Shown here: positions 6,933-16,028 of the stretch, one piece after another
Numbering within the stretch: position 1 is the stretch's first letter
How the letters are laid out: the number at the start of each line of letters is the position of its first letter
Assembly (NCBI GenBank): GCA_004321885.1
Contig: SCQK01000009.1
Coordinates: 1 to 27,250, forward strand
DNA from: Patescibacteria group bacterium
GTDB lineage: Bacteria > Patescibacteriota > Patescibacteriia > Magasanikbacterales > GWA2-37-8
Length of the DNA stretch: 27,250 bases
Direction: 5' to 3'
Position numbers and translations under genes: made by a program
The notes under the pieces: model-generated
Told to the model about the DNA's origin: nothing
What the model saw: only the letters and a program-made list of their open reading frames with translations
The model's database searches: none

Positions 6933-8498
6933 ATGTCAAAATATATTCCCATCATCGGCCTGGAAATACACGTGGAGCTAAAAACCAAGAGCAAAATGTT
7001 TTGCTCCTGCGCCAACAACCCGGACCGCCCGCCTCGCCCGACGAGCGGGCTCGTCGAGGCGGGCGACGCCCCAAACACCAATGTCTGCGAAATCTGTCTG
7101 GCGCACCCGGGCACCTTGCCCGTGCCGAATAAAACCGCTATTGAATGGGCCGCCAAAATCGCCACTGCCCTGGGATGCAAGCTCAACAAAGAAAGTAAAT
7201 TTGACCGCAAGCATTATTTTTACCCCGACCTGCCCAAGGGCTACCAGATTTCCCAATTTGACCAGCCCATCGGCGAGCACGGCTTTATTGAACTCCAATT
7301 TCCAGTCGGCAAAAACCCGCGCGAAGCGGCGCGCATCGGTATCACTCGCGTGCATTTGGAAGAAGACACGGCAAAGTTGACCCACGGGGCGAAGGGAGAA
7401 ACTTTGGTTGACTTCAACCGCGCCGGCGTGCCCCTGGTGGAAATCGTATCCGAGCCCGACGTGCAAAGCGCCGTTGAAGCCAAGAGCTATTGCCAGGAAC
7501 TGCAAAATATTTTTCGCTATCTCGGCGTGAGCGACGCGGACATGGAAAAAGGCCACATGCGCTGTGAGGCCAACGTGTCGGTGCAGGAAGAAGGAAAATT
7601 TACAAACGACAAGGGCGTGATAAAACCGACAGGAAAAAACAAACTAAACGCCAAAGTTGAAGTGAAAAATATAAACTCTTTCCGCGCCGTGGAAAAAGCG
7701 ATTGAATTTGAAATCAAACGCCAGACCGCCATGATAGAAAAAGGCGAATCATGGAAACAGCAGACCCGCGGCTGGGATGACGACAAGGGCGAAACGATTT
7801 TACAAAGAGAAAAAGAAACCTCGGCCGATTACCGCTACTTCCCCGAGCCCGATATTCCACCGTTTAATCCGGTTAAAATCACCGGCGACATCTCTTTGCC
7901 CGAACTGCCGGCCGCCAAACGGTCTCGCTTCCGCGACGAGTATGGTTTTTCTTATTCCGACGCCGACATCTTGGCCAGCGACGCGCACTGGGCGGCTTTT
8001 ACCGAACAAGTGATGAGCGAACTCGTTGACTGGCTGAAAACTTTATCCAAAAAAGAATCTCCGGCGCAAATCGCGCGGCTGGCCGGCGGCTGGATTACTT
8101 CCAAACTGATGGGCGCCATGGCCGAACGCAAAATTGACATTCGTATTCTGAAATTAAAGCCGGAAAATTTCGCCGAACTGGTCGCTTTGATTTACACAAA
8201 CAAAGTCAACTCCACCAACGCGCAAAAAATTCTGGCCGAGATGCTGAACTCGGGCGTGGACATGGACCCCACGCATATAATGGAAGACAAGGGCTACGGC
8301 CAAATAGCCGACGAAGGCAAACTGGGCGAAGTGGTTGATGAAGTGCTCAAGAGCCACCCTGAACAAGTGGCGCAATTCAAAGCCGGCAAAGAACCGATTT
8401 TACAATTTCTAAAAGGCATGGTAATGAAAGCGACCGAGGGCTCGGCCGACCCGCAAATGGCGGAAAAATTGCTGCGGGAGAGAATTAAAATATCCTGA
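6933..8498 (+). CDS. gatB: aspartyl/glutamyl-tRNA(Asn/Gln) amidotransferase subunit B
   Basis: 'IGLEIHVELKTKSKMFCSC...NTNVCEICLAHPGTLPVPN...FDRKHYFYPDLPKGYQISQFDQPIGEHG' are typical GatB motifs. C-terminal YqeY-like tail. Contains a roughly 14-aa in-frame insertion encoded by a GC palindrome. Confidence 0.9.
   Translation: MSKYIPIIGLEIHVELKTKSKMFCSCANNPDRPPRPTSGLVEAGDAPNTNVCEICLAHPGTLPVPNKTAIEWAAKIATALGCKLNKESKFDRKHYFYPDLPKGYQISQFDQPIGEHGFIELQFPVGKNPREAARIGITRVHLEEDTAKLTHGAKGETLVDFNRAGVPLVEIVSEPDVQSAVEAKSYCQELQNIFRYLGVSDADMEKGHMRCEANVSVQEEGKFTNDKGVIKPTGKNKLNAKVEVKNINSFRAVEKAIEFEIKRQTAMIEKGESWKQQTRGWDDDKGETILQREKETSADYRYFPEPDIPPFNPVKITGDISLPELPAAKRSRFRDEYGFSYSDADILASDAHWAAFTEQVMSELVDWLKTLSKKESPAQIARLAGGWITSKLMGAMAERKIDIRILKLKPENFAELVALIYTNKVNSTNAQKILAEMLNSGVDMDPTHIMEDKGYGQIADEGKLGEVVDEVLKSHPEQVAQFKAGKEPILQFLKGMVMKATEGSADPQMAEKLLRERIKIS
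7026..7065 (+). repeat. 40-nt GC-rich near-perfect palindrome inserted in-frame in gatB
   Basis: 'cgcccgcctcg' and 'cgaggcgggcg' are perfect 11-bp arms. Inner 'cgacgag-cggg-ctcgtcg' hairpin. Encodes 'PDRPPRPTSGLVEAGDAP' between the conserved 'KMFCSC' and 'PNTNVC'. Confidence 0.7.
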
Positions 8499-8552
8499 AA
8501 CAAGGGGTTGCCCTGCGGGCAAAAGTTCAGGATAACATGTGGATAAGTCGCT

Positions 8553-8581
8553 TTGACCACCGCCTCACCTTCTGCTAAACT
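8553..8581 (+). promoter_or_regulatory. candidate sigma70 promoter for carAB-pyr (TTGACC, 17 nt, TAAACT)
   Basis: -35 at 8553-8558 and -10 at 8576-8581. About 155-nt structured leader before carA. Confidence 0.4.
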
Positions 8582-8636
8582 GTTATGGATATATGCACAG
8601 CCCCACTGAAAAACCAACGGTAAAAATTATAATCGG

Positions 8637-8662
8637 CCACCCGTAGAGGGTGGTCTTTTTTT
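8637..8662 (+). terminator. intrinsic terminator/attenuator in the carA leader: CCACCC-GTAGA-GGGTGG followed by TCTTTTTTT
   Basis: 6-bp GC stem plus T-tract, 80 nt upstream of the carA ATG. Followed by a 19-bp interrupted stem (8665-8727) and an 8-bp stem 'aatccgcc-tttg-ggcggatt' abutting the start codon. Confidence 0.55.
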
Positions 8663-8741
8663 GATAACTCTCGAAATTTTGGAGCCATAGGCGAACAAAA
8701 TTTCGCAAGAGTTATCAATCCGCCTTTGGCGGATTACATTT

Positions 8742-9893
8742 ATGTACCCAGCACGGTTAATTTTAAACACCGGCCAAGAATTTCTCGGCCTTTCACCCGC
8801 CTGGCAAAAAGGCGACTTTTACGGTTTACCCTCACACCAAAAATTTTGGTGTGAGGGCGAGGTTGTTTTTACGACCGGCATGACCGGCTATGTGGAAACT
8901 CTCACCGATCCTTCGTATGCCGGACAAATTATCGTCTTCACCTATCCGCTCATCGGCAACTACGCCGTGCCGCCGGCCAAATTCTGGGAATCGGAAAAAA
9001 TCCACGCGGCCGGAGTGGTGGTAGGCGAGGCGTGCCAGTGGCCTGATACCCCCTCCTCACCTCCCTCCCGAAACAAGTTCGGGACAGGCTCTTATAAAGG
9101 GGGAGGGACTTTGGCCGGATGGCTAAGAGAACAAAAGGTGCCTTTACTCACCGGGGTGGATACTCGCCTGCTTACCAAAACACTACGCGAGAAGGGTGCC
9201 ACGCCCGGAGCGATTACGTCTTACCCCTACCTAACCTCCCCCTTAAAAAGGGGGAGGAACAGGAGGGGGTATAATTTCTTTGACCCGAACGAAACAGATC
9301 TGGTGGCGCTGGTTTCTCCCAAAAGACCGACCACTTACGGCAAGGGGAAAAAGAGAATCATCGCCGTTGATTGCGGGATGAAAAAAAATCTGCTCCGCTC
9401 ACTCTTAAAATTACCGCTGACTATAAAAATCGTGCCGTACGACTACGATTATAACAAAGAAAAATTTGACGGCGTGTTTATCTCCAATGGCCCGGGCGAC
9501 CCGGAACGTTGCGGCCGAACGATAGAAATTCTGCGCCGCGCCATGAAAAAGAAAAAACCGATTTTCGGCGTCTGTCTGGGCAACCAGCTGTTAGCACTGG
9601 CGGCCGGAGCCAAAACCTACAAACTGCCCTTTGGCCACCGCGGACAAAATCAACCCTGCCAAGACAGCGCCACTGGCCGTTGTTATATCACCAGCCAAAA
9701 CCACGGCTACGCCGTGAACCCGGCCACCCTGCCGCCGGACTGGCGCGTGAGTTTCAAAAACTTAAACGACGATTCAGTGGAAGGCATCGGCCACAAATCA
9801 TTGCCGTTTTTCGCCGTGCAATTTCATCCCGAAGCGGCGCCCGGCCCCGCAGACACGCAGTGGCTTTTTGAAAAATTTTATGAAACTTTATAA
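8742..9893 (+). CDS. carA: carbamoyl-phosphate synthase small (glutaminase) subunit
   Basis: 'VVFTTGMTGYVETLTDPSYAGQIIVFTYPLIGNY', 'PIFGVCLGNQLLALAAGAKTYKLPFGHRGQNQP' (catalytic Cys), 'FAVQFHPEA'. Two in-frame family B element insertions. Confidence 0.9.
   Translation: MYPARLILNTGQEFLGLSPAWQKGDFYGLPSHQKFWCEGEVVFTTGMTGYVETLTDPSYAGQIIVFTYPLIGNYAVPPAKFWESEKIHAAGVVVGEACQWPDTPSSPPSRNKFGTGSYKGGGTLAGWLREQKVPLLTGVDTRLLTKTLREKGATPGAITSYPYLTSPLKRGRNRRGYNFFDPNETDLVALVSPKRPTTYGKGKKRIIAVDCGMKKNLLRSLLKLPLTIKIVPYDYDYNKEKFDGVFISNGPGDPERCGRTIEILRRAMKKKKPIFGVCLGNQLLALAAGAKTYKLPFGHRGQNQPCQDSATGRCYITSQNHGYAVNPATLPPDWRVSFKNLNDDSVEGIGHKSLPFFAVQFHPEAAPGPADTQWLFEKFYETL
9049..9108 (+). repeat. family B element (compound) in-frame in carA
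   Basis: 'cccctcctcacctccctcccgaaacaagttcgggacaggctcttataaagggggaggg' encodes 'PSSPPSRNKFGTGSYKGGG'. Contains inner hairpin TCCCGAA-acaag-TTCGGGA. Confidence 0.6.
9235..9272 (+). repeat. family B element in-frame in carA
   Basis: 'cctccccc-ttaaaaa-gggggagg-aacaggagggggtat' encodes 'SPLKRGRNRRGY'. Confidence 0.65.
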
Positions 9894-12800
9894 AGTTATA
9901 ATTCTCGGTTCCGGAGGATTGCAAATCGGCCAGGCCGGCGAGTTTGATTATTCGGGCTCCCAGGCCATCAAGGCCCTGAAAGAAGAAGGCATCAAAACCG
10001 TGCTGGTAAACCCCAACATCGCCACTGTTCAAACCGACCCAAACATGGCTGACGCGCTCTATCTTCAGCCGCTCAATTTTCAAACACTTAAAAAAATTAT
10101 CGCCAAAGAAAAACCGGACGGCATTTTGCTCGGCTTTGGCGGACAAACCGCGCTCAATCTGGGTTTGGAACTGGATGAAAAAGCCGTACTCCAAAAATAC
10201 GGCATGGCCGTGCTGGGTAGCGATACGCAAACAATACGAACAGCCGAAGACAGAAATTTATTCAAAATCGCGCTGGCGAAAATCGGAGTGAAGACTCCGA
10301 AAAGTTTTACCGCGCGCGACGTGAATGAAGCGCTGGCCGCGGGAAAACAAATCAGCTACCCCTTGATGATTCGCAGCGGCTTCTCTTTGGGCGGACTTGG
10401 TTCCGGAAAAATCGCCGACGCGCGGGAACTGAAACAACGCGCAGGCGAAGCGCTCTCCGGCGCCCCGCAAATCCTGGTGGAAGAATACCTGGGCGGCTGG
10501 AAAGAAGTGGAATACGAAGTGGTGCGCGACAGAAAAGACAACACCATTATTGTCTGCAACATGGAAAACATGGACCCGATGGGCATCCATACCGGTGAGA
10601 GCATCGTGGTGGCGCCTTCGCAGACCTTGAACAACGAACAGTATCATCGCCTGCGCGAGCTGTCCATCAAAATCGCCCGCCACCTGAAAATCATCGGCGA
10701 ATGCAACGTGCAATTCGCCTTGCACCCGAAAACCGGCGACTATCGCGTGATAGAACTCAACCCGCGCCTGTCGCGTTCATCGGCTCTGGCTTCCAAAGCC
10801 ACGGGCTATCCCCTGGCCTACATCGCGGCCAAGCTGGCCATCGGCAAACTTTTGCCTGAACTCAAAAATTCAGTCACCAAAAAAACCTCGGCCTTTTTTG
10901 AACCGGCCTTGGATTATCTGACAATAAAAATTCCGCGCTGGGACACAAACAAACTGCGCTCGGCCGAACGCTCCATCGGCTCGGAGATGAAAAGCGTGGG
11001 CGAAGTGATGGCCATTGGACGCTCGTTTCCCGAAGCATTGCAAAAAGCCGTGCGTATGCTGAATATCGGCGCCGACGGGCTAAGCGATTATCCGTTTCCC
11101 ATCGCCGAACCGAAAAAAGAAATGGAGAACGCCACCGACCGACGTTTGTTCGCGCTTTACCAATTTTTTAAAAAAGGCGGCGGCGTAAAAGAAGCCGGGC
11201 AACTTACGAGTATAAACGAATGGTTTCTGGCGCACATCAAAAACATCGCGGCGCTGGAAAAAACAATCAAAAATAAACGACTAACGCCAGCCCTGCTTTT
11301 ACAAGCCAAGCAATTCGGCTTTAGCGACGTCGGTCTGGCAAAATTAAAAAATACTGACGAGAAAAAAATCAGGCGCCTGCGCAAAAAAAACAAAATCCTG
11401 CCGTGCTTTAAACAAATAGACACCCTGGCCGGCGAATATCCGGCCGAGACGAATTATTTATACGCCACCTACCACGGCGCCGGACACGATATCGCCGCTT
11501 TGGACAAAAAACCGATCATCGTCCTCGGCTCTGGTCCGTACGCCATCGGTTCGTCGGTGGAATTTGACTGGTGCGCCGTGAACACGGCCCGCGCCCTGCG
11601 CGCCTTGGACAAAAAAACAATAATGCTCAACTCCAATCCGGAAACAGTCTCCACTGACTACGACGAATCCGACCGTTTGTATTTTGAAGAGCTGACTTTG
11701 GAGCGCGTGGCTGACATCGCTGATTTTGAAGGCGGCGCGAAGGCGTCTTTTGAATCTACACCCGGCATTGTTGTTTCGGTCGGCGGACAAATCGCCAATA
11801 AAATCGCTCTGCCGCTTTTTGAAATGGGTTATAAAATTTTAGGCACCCCGCCCGTGGCCATAGACCAGGCCGAAGACAGACAAAAATTTTCCTCACTCTT
11901 GAATAAATTAAAAATAGACCAGCCGGAATGGATTGAGTCGGGTAATTTGAGTAAAGCCAAGGCTTTCGCCAAAAATTTCGGGTATCCGGTCCTGGTGCGG
12001 CCGTCATACGTGCTCTCTGGCGCGGCCATGAACGTGTGCCCGAACGAAGATGAACTGACAAACTATCTACGTTCGGCTTCGGCCGTTTCTCCCGACCATC
12101 CGGTGGTTATTTCCAAATTTATCACCAATGCCAAAGAGTTAGACATAGACGGAGTGGCCGACAAGGGAAAAATTATAATAGAAGCGATTTGCGAACACGT
12201 GGAAAACGCGGGCGTGCACTCGGGCGACGCCACCCTGGTCTTGCCCCCGCAAAAACTTTATTTGGAAACGATTCGCCGCGCCAAAAACATCGCTCGCGCC
12301 ATCGCCAAATCACTCAAAATCACCGGGCCCTTTAACATCCAGTTCATTGCCAAGGATAACGCGCTCAAAGTGATAGAGTGCAACTTGCGCGCTTCCCGCT
12401 CTTTTCCTTTCGTATCCAAAGTGACCGGACATAATTTCATAGAACTGGCCACCAAGGCCATGCTGGGCGGTGTTGGAGTTCCTCCCCCTCTTAGGGGGAG
12501 GATAAAGGAGGGGGTATTTGAAACCCTGGAGCTCAACCACGTCGGCGTGAAGTCGCCGCAATTTTCTTACCACCGACTGAAAGGAGCCGACCCGGTGGCG
12601 CAAGTGGAAATGGCTTCCACCGGAGAGGTGGCCTGTATCGGCGGCGATTATTTGCGCGCCTTTTATTCTTCCTGGCTGGCCACGGGCAAAAATATCAGCC
12701 GCCGCCGGGCGCTTGTCACCATTGCCGATGAATGCAAACAAAAATTCTTGCCATTAGTGAAAAAAATGGACAAACAGGGCTGGGAAATATATACTACTGC

Positions 12801-13110
12801 CGGCACCCACGACTTTTTGTCGCGCCACGGAGTGGCCAGCAACTTTGTTTACAAAATCAGCGAGCAAAACAAGCCGAACGTGGAGGCAACGATTTCAGAA
12901 AAGCAAGTTGACGTAATCATTGTCATTCCGAGCGAAGCGAGGAATCTCTGTTTATCAAACGACAGCGACGGCTACAAAATTCGCCGGCTGGCCACGGACC
13001 GCCACATCCCACTTATCACCAACTCGCAAACCGCTATTTTGCTCTTGCGCTGTCTCACCGAACTTGACGCCAATAAAATGCCGATAAAATCGTGGCAAGA
13101 ATATTTTTAA
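9868..13110 (+). CDS. carB: carbamoyl-phosphate synthase large subunit
   Basis: 1080 aa. Two ATP-grasp halves ('[20 protein letters not shown]', '[20 protein letters not shown]') and a C-terminal MGS-like domain. Overlaps the carA 3' end by 26 nt. Confidence 0.95.
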   Translation: MKNFMKLYKVIILGSGGLQIGQAGEFDYSGSQAIKALKEEGIKTVLVNPNIATVQTDPNMADALYLQPLNFQTLKKIIAKEKPDGILLGFGGQTALNLGLELDEKAVLQKYGMAVLGSDTQTIRTAEDRNLFKIALAKIGVKTPKSFTARDVNEALAAGKQISYPLMIRSGFSLGGLGSGKIADARELKQRAGEALSGAPQILVEEYLGGWKEVEYEVVRDRKDNTIIVCNMENMDPMGIHTGESIVVAPSQTLNNEQYHRLRELSIKIARHLKIIGECNVQFALHPKTGDYRVIELNPRLSRSSALASKATGYPLAYIAAKLAIGKLLPELKNSVTKKTSAFFEPALDYLTIKIPRWDTNKLRSAERSIGSEMKSVGEVMAIGRSFPEALQKAVRMLNIGADGLSDYPFPIAEPKKEMENATDRRLFALYQFFKKGGGVKEAGQLTSINEWFLAHIKNIAALEKTIKNKRLTPALLLQAKQFGFSDVGLAKLKNTDEKKIRRLRKKNKILPCFKQIDTLAGEYPAETNYLYATYHGAGHDIAALDKKPIIVLGSGPYAIGSSVEFDWCAVNTARALRALDKKTIMLNSNPETVSTDYDESDRLYFEELTLERVADIADFEGGAKASFESTPGIVVSVGGQIANKIALPLFEMGYKILGTPPVAIDQAEDRQKFSSLLNKLKIDQPEWIESGNLSKAKAFAKNFGYPVLVRPSYVLSGAAMNVCPNEDELTNYLRSASAVSPDHPVVISKFITNAKELDIDGVADKGKIIIEAICEHVENAGVHSGDATLVLPPQKLYLETIRRAKNIARAIAKSLKITGPFNIQFIAKDNALKVIECNLRASRSFPFVSKVTGHNFIELATKAMLGGVGVPPPLRGRIKEGVFETLELNHVGVKSPQFSYHRLKGADPVAQVEMASTGEVACIGGDYLRAFYSSWLATGKNISRRRALVTIADECKQKFLPLVKKMDKQGWEIYTTAGTHDFLSRHGVASNFVYKISEQNKPNVEATISEKQVDVIIVIPSEARNLCLSNDSDGYKIRRLATDRHIPLITNSQTAILLLRCLTELDANKMPIKSWQEYF
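12481..12517 (+). repeat. family B element in-frame in carB
   Basis: 'cctccccc-tctta-gggggagg-ataaaggagggggtat' encodes '[13 protein letters not shown]'. Confidence 0.7.
12921..12946 (+). repeat. family A short hairpin element in-frame in carB
   Basis: 'tgtcattccgagcgaagcgaggaatc' encodes 'VIPSEARNL' in the MGS-like domain. Confidence 0.6.
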
Positions 13111-13191
13111 TGTCATTGCGAGGAGCGGAGCGACGAAGCAATCCCATACAATTAAGGGGATTGCCACGGCCCTGCGGGCCTCGCAATGACA
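13111..13191 (+). repeat. family A full-length palindromic element filling the carB-pyrB intergenic space
   Basis: Begins immediately after the carB TAA. Termini 'tgtcattgcgagg...cctcgcaatgaca' are 13-bp perfect inverted repeats. Inner hairpin 'gcaatccc...gggattgc'. Confidence 0.75.
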
Positions 13192-13199
13192 ATACAATT

Positions 13200-14120
13200 A
13201 TGCCAAACACACTCAAAGGCAGGGACATAATTTCCATCGCGGAACTTTCCAAGCCGGAAATTCTGCTGGTGCTAAAAAACGCGCAAGAATTAAAAAAACA
13301 CCCGCGCCCGAAACTGCTGGAAGGGCTGGTGATGGGCAGTTGTTTTTTTGAACCCAGCACGCGCACGCGCTTGTCGTTTGAAACAGCCATGCAGAAGTTG
13401 GGCGGACGGGTAATCGGCTTTGCCGACCCGGGCGTGACTTCGGCCAAGAAAGGCGAGTCGCTGTACGACGCCATAAAAATCATCGGCCAATACGTGGATG
13501 TCATCGCCATGCGCCATCCGTTGGAGGGAGCGGCGCGACGCGCGGCCGAGGCCACGGACAAACCAATCATCAACGGCGGCGACGGAGCCAACCAGCACCC
13601 CACCCAAACCCTGCTGGACTTGTTCACTATTCAAGAATGCCAGAAAAAATTAAGCAACCTTCATATCGCCATGGTCGGCGACCTGAAATATGGCCGCACC
13701 GTGCACTCGCTGGCCCAGGCGCTTACCCATTTTGGCGCCCGCCTGTATTTCGTGGCGCCCGACAGCTTGCAGATGCCCGCGTATATTTGCGATGAATTAA
13801 AAACCAAAGGCGTCAAATTCTCCATGCACAAAAAAATGGAAGAGGTAATCGGCAAAGTTGATATTTTTTACATGACCCGCATCCAGGGCGAACGTTTTGC
13901 CGACCCGATGGAGTACGAAAAAGTAAAAAACAGTTTCGTGCTCAAGGCCGACATGCTAAAAAACGCCAAACCAAACCTGAAAATCTTGCACCCCTTGCCG
14001 CGCGTGAACGAAATTGAAACAGCCATAGACAAAACAAAATTCGCCTACTATTTCCAGCAAGCGGAAAACGGGCTCTATGCCCGCCAGGCCCTGCTGGCGA
14101 TGGTGTTGGGAAAAATTTAA
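13200..14120 (+). CDS. pyrB: aspartate carbamoyltransferase catalytic subunit
   Basis: '[11 protein letters not shown]', 'HPTQTLLDL' and 'LHPLPR' motifs. Start taken at 'MPNTLKGRD' (ATG 13200), just after the element. The ORF-track 13092 start reads through the palindrome. Confidence 0.9.
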   Translation: MPNTLKGRDIISIAELSKPEILLVLKNAQELKKHPRPKLLEGLVMGSCFFEPSTRTRLSFETAMQKLGGRVIGFADPGVTSAKKGESLYDAIKIIGQYVDVIAMRHPLEGAARRAAEATDKPIINGGDGANQHPTQTLLDLFTIQECQKKLSNLHIAMVGDLKYGRTVHSLAQALTHFGARLYFVAPDSLQMPAYICDELKTKGVKFSMHKKMEEVIGKVDIFYMTRIQGERFADPMEYEKVKNSFVLKADMLKNAKPNLKILHPLPRVNEIETAIDKTKFAYYFQQAENGLYARQALLAMVLGKI

Positions 14121-14123
14121 TAA

Positions 14124-14208
14124 TGTCATTGCGAGGCCCAAGGGGCCGAAGCAATCTCAGACAAGTAAGGGATTGCCACGTCGGCCTGCAGGCCTCCTCG
14201 CAATGACA
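14124..14208 (+). repeat. family A full-length palindromic element filling the pyrB-pyrI intergenic space
   Basis: 'tgtcattgcgagg...cctcctcgcaatgaca'. Same architecture as 13111-13191, with a different centre. Confidence 0.75.
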
Positions 14209-14216
14209 AAAATTTT

Positions 14217-14681
14217 ATGAAAGAAAAAAAACTTTTGGTCAACGCCATAAAAAACGGCACGGTGATAGACCACATCACCGCCGGTAGCGCGCTCAAAATC
14301 ATCCGCATCCTCAATCTGGCCAGCCACGAAAAAGTCGTGACGGTCGGGCTGAACTTGCCCAGCAAATCCATGGGGCGCAAGGACTTAATCAAAGTAGCCG
14401 AGCGCGAACTTTCACCCGATGAAGTAAGCAGCGTGGCCATTCTGGCGCCGCAAGCCAGCATCAACATCGTCAAAAATTACGAAATAGTTAAAAAATTTAA
14501 AATAAAACTACCGGAAAAAATTGAGAGCGTAGTTGTTTGCCCCAACCCGAAATGCATTACCAACCACGAGCCCATGGCCAGCGTGTTTTTTATTCTGCCC
14601 AACGGCAAACACATTAAACTGCGTTGTAAATATTGCGAAAAAGTTTTTGGTCACGATGATATCCGTGAATATAGAGTATAA
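14217..14681 (+). CDS. pyrI: aspartate carbamoyltransferase regulatory subunit
   Basis: 'AIKNGTVIDHI', 'GLNLPSKSMGRKDLIKV', zinc domain 'CPNPKCITNHEP...LRCKYCEKVF'. Confidence 0.9.
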   Translation: MKEKKLLVNAIKNGTVIDHITAGSALKIIRILNLASHEKVVTVGLNLPSKSMGRKDLIKVAERELSPDEVSSVAILAPQASINIVKNYEIVKKFKIKLPEKIESVVVCPNPKCITNHEPMASVFFILPNGKHIKLRCKYCEKVFGHDDIREYRV

Positions 14682-14690
14682 AAACACCAT

Positions 14691-15857
14691 ATGAGCCGGC
14701 TCATAACTTTACCCGCTTTGATTGACCCGCACGTGCATTTTCGTACCCCGGGTTCCGAGCACAAAGAGGATTGGATTTGCGGAGCGCGCGCCGCCTTCGC
14801 CGGCGGATACACCACGGTGATTGACATGCCGAACAACAACCCGCCGGCGATTGATGAAGAGTCATTGAATAACAAAATCAAGCTCGTGGAACAACAACTG
14901 TCATTCCTGCGAAAGCAGGAAGGGAGCCCTTCGGGCTCGGAATTCATTTCTGTCCACCCATATTTTTATCTCGGGGTTACTCCCCTCCCCCTTGATAAGG
15001 GGGAGGCAGGGTGGGGGTCGGCGGTAGCCCTCAAAATGTTCATGGGTTCCAGCACCGGCAGTTTGCTGGTGGACAAATACGAAGACCAGGAAAAAATATT
15101 CGCCAAAGCCGCTGAACTTGATTTGCTGGTGGCAGTGCACGCAGAAGATGATGAAACAATAAAAAATAATCAACTGTCATTCCAGCAAAAGCTGGAATCC
15201 ATCGCCAATCCAGTCGCTCTTCACTCGCAAATCCGCTCGCGTGAGGCGGCGATAAAAGCCGTGTCGCAAGCGATTGAACTGGCGGAAAAGACCGGCGCGC
15301 GATTATATATCTGCCATATTAGCACAAAGGAAGAAGCTGAATTGGTTAAATCGGCTAAAGAGCGCGGAGCCAAAATTTATGCCGAAGTCACACCGCATCA
15401 TTTGTTTCTGAACGAAAGCGCGTATGAAACATTGGAGACAAAAGCGCAAATGAATCCGCCTCTGCGCACGGCCGCGGACCAAGCGGCGCTCTGGCAGGCG
15501 ATAAACGACGGAGTAATAGACACCATCGGCACCGACCACGCTCCGCATACTTTGGAAGAAAAAAATCAACCATACCCCAAATCGCCTTCGGGCGTGCCCG
15601 GCATTGAGACATGTTTGCCGCTATTGCTCAACGCGTACAATCAGGGTAAAATCAGTTTAGAGAAAATAGTGGAATTATGCCGGACAAATCCGCAAAAAAT
15701 ATTCCGTTTGCCTGATAACAGTGACGAGGTGATTGTGGATTTGGATTTGGAAAAAGAGGTAAAAAATGAGAATTTAAAAACTAAATGCGGCTGGTCGCCC
15801 TTTGCTGGGTGGAATCTAAAGGGGTGGCCGATAAAAACGATAATTATGAAAAAGTAA
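14691..15857 (+). CDS. pyrC: dihydroorotase
   Basis: 'LIDPHVHFRTPG' metal-binding motif, 'GTDHAPH'. Contains three in-frame element insertions. The stop codon lies inside the left terminal repeat of a MITE-like element. Confidence 0.85.
   Translation: MSRLITLPALIDPHVHFRTPGSEHKEDWICGARAAFAGGYTTVIDMPNNNPPAIDEESLNNKIKLVEQQLSFLRKQEGSPSGSEFISVHPYFYLGVTPLPLDKGEAGWGSAVALKMFMGSSTGSLLVDKYEDQEKIFAKAAELDLLVAVHAEDDETIKNNQLSFQQKLESIANPVALHSQIRSREAAIKAVSQAIELAEKTGARLYICHISTKEEAELVKSAKERGAKIYAEVTPHHLFLNESAYETLETKAQMNPPLRTAADQAALWQAINDGVIDTIGTDHAPHTLEEKNQPYPKSPSGVPGIETCLPLLLNAYNQGKISLEKIVELCRTNPQKIFRLPDNSDEVIVDLDLEKEVKNENLKTKCGWSPFAGWNLKGWPIKTIIMKK
14899..14921 (+). repeat. family A short hairpin in-frame in pyrC
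   Basis: 'tgtcattcctgcgaaagcaggaa' is TTCCTGC-GAAA-GCAGGAA. Encodes 'SFLRKQE'. Followed by a small hairpin 'gagccc-ttc-gggctc'. Confidence 0.7.
14982..15018 (+). repeat. family B element in-frame in pyrC
   Basis: 'cccctccccc-ttgataa-gggggagg-cagggtgggggt' encodes 'PLPLDKGEAGWG'. Confidence 0.7.
15175..15198 (+). repeat. family A short hairpin in-frame in pyrC
   Basis: 'tgtcattccagcaaaagctggaat' is ATTCCAGC-AAAA-GCTGGAAT. Encodes 'LSFQQKLE'. Confidence 0.7.
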
Positions 15858-16014
15858 GAAATTTGAACGGTGGTCTCGCTCGGATAGTTACGGACTCGCT
15901 GTCGCTTTTTGACCCAATGAGCATAATCGCATGGATCAAAATGCCTTCGGCACCGCTCCAACTCGTCTCGTAACTGCACCTCGCTCGCCCAATGTTCAAA
16001 TTTCTTACTTTTTC
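15848..16014 (+). mobile_element. MITE-like element: 21-bp perfect terminal inverted repeats flanking about 125 bp
   Basis: Left 'gaaaaagtaagaaatttgaac' (15848-15868) is the exact reverse complement of right 'gttcaaatttcttactttttc' (15994-16014). The interior carries direct 'CTCGCTCG' repeats. The pyrC TAA is within the left repeat. Confidence 0.5.
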
Positions 16015-16028
16015 TCACATCCATTTTT

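Noticed and set aside
6848-7210. 120-aa - strand ORF overlapping the gatB start and other short antisense ORFs throughout the pyr genes
   Set aside because: Embedded opposite strongly supported conserved genes. No signals.
8628-8633. TATAAT box in the carA leader
   Set aside because: It lies 4 nt before the terminator stem, so a transcript starting there would begin inside the hairpin. It more likely terminates gatB read-through. The promoter at 8553-8581 is preferred.
13092-13199. Upstream extension of pyrB (ORF track start 13092), and similar extensions of pyrD (16952) and pyrF (21723)
   Set aside because: The extensions translate the palindromic repeat elements ('[11 protein letters not shown]', 'LPFIRGGLGWG', 'LWCGGEEGV'). 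Conserved N-termini begin at 13200, 17006 and 21759, each with an element-supplied RBS.
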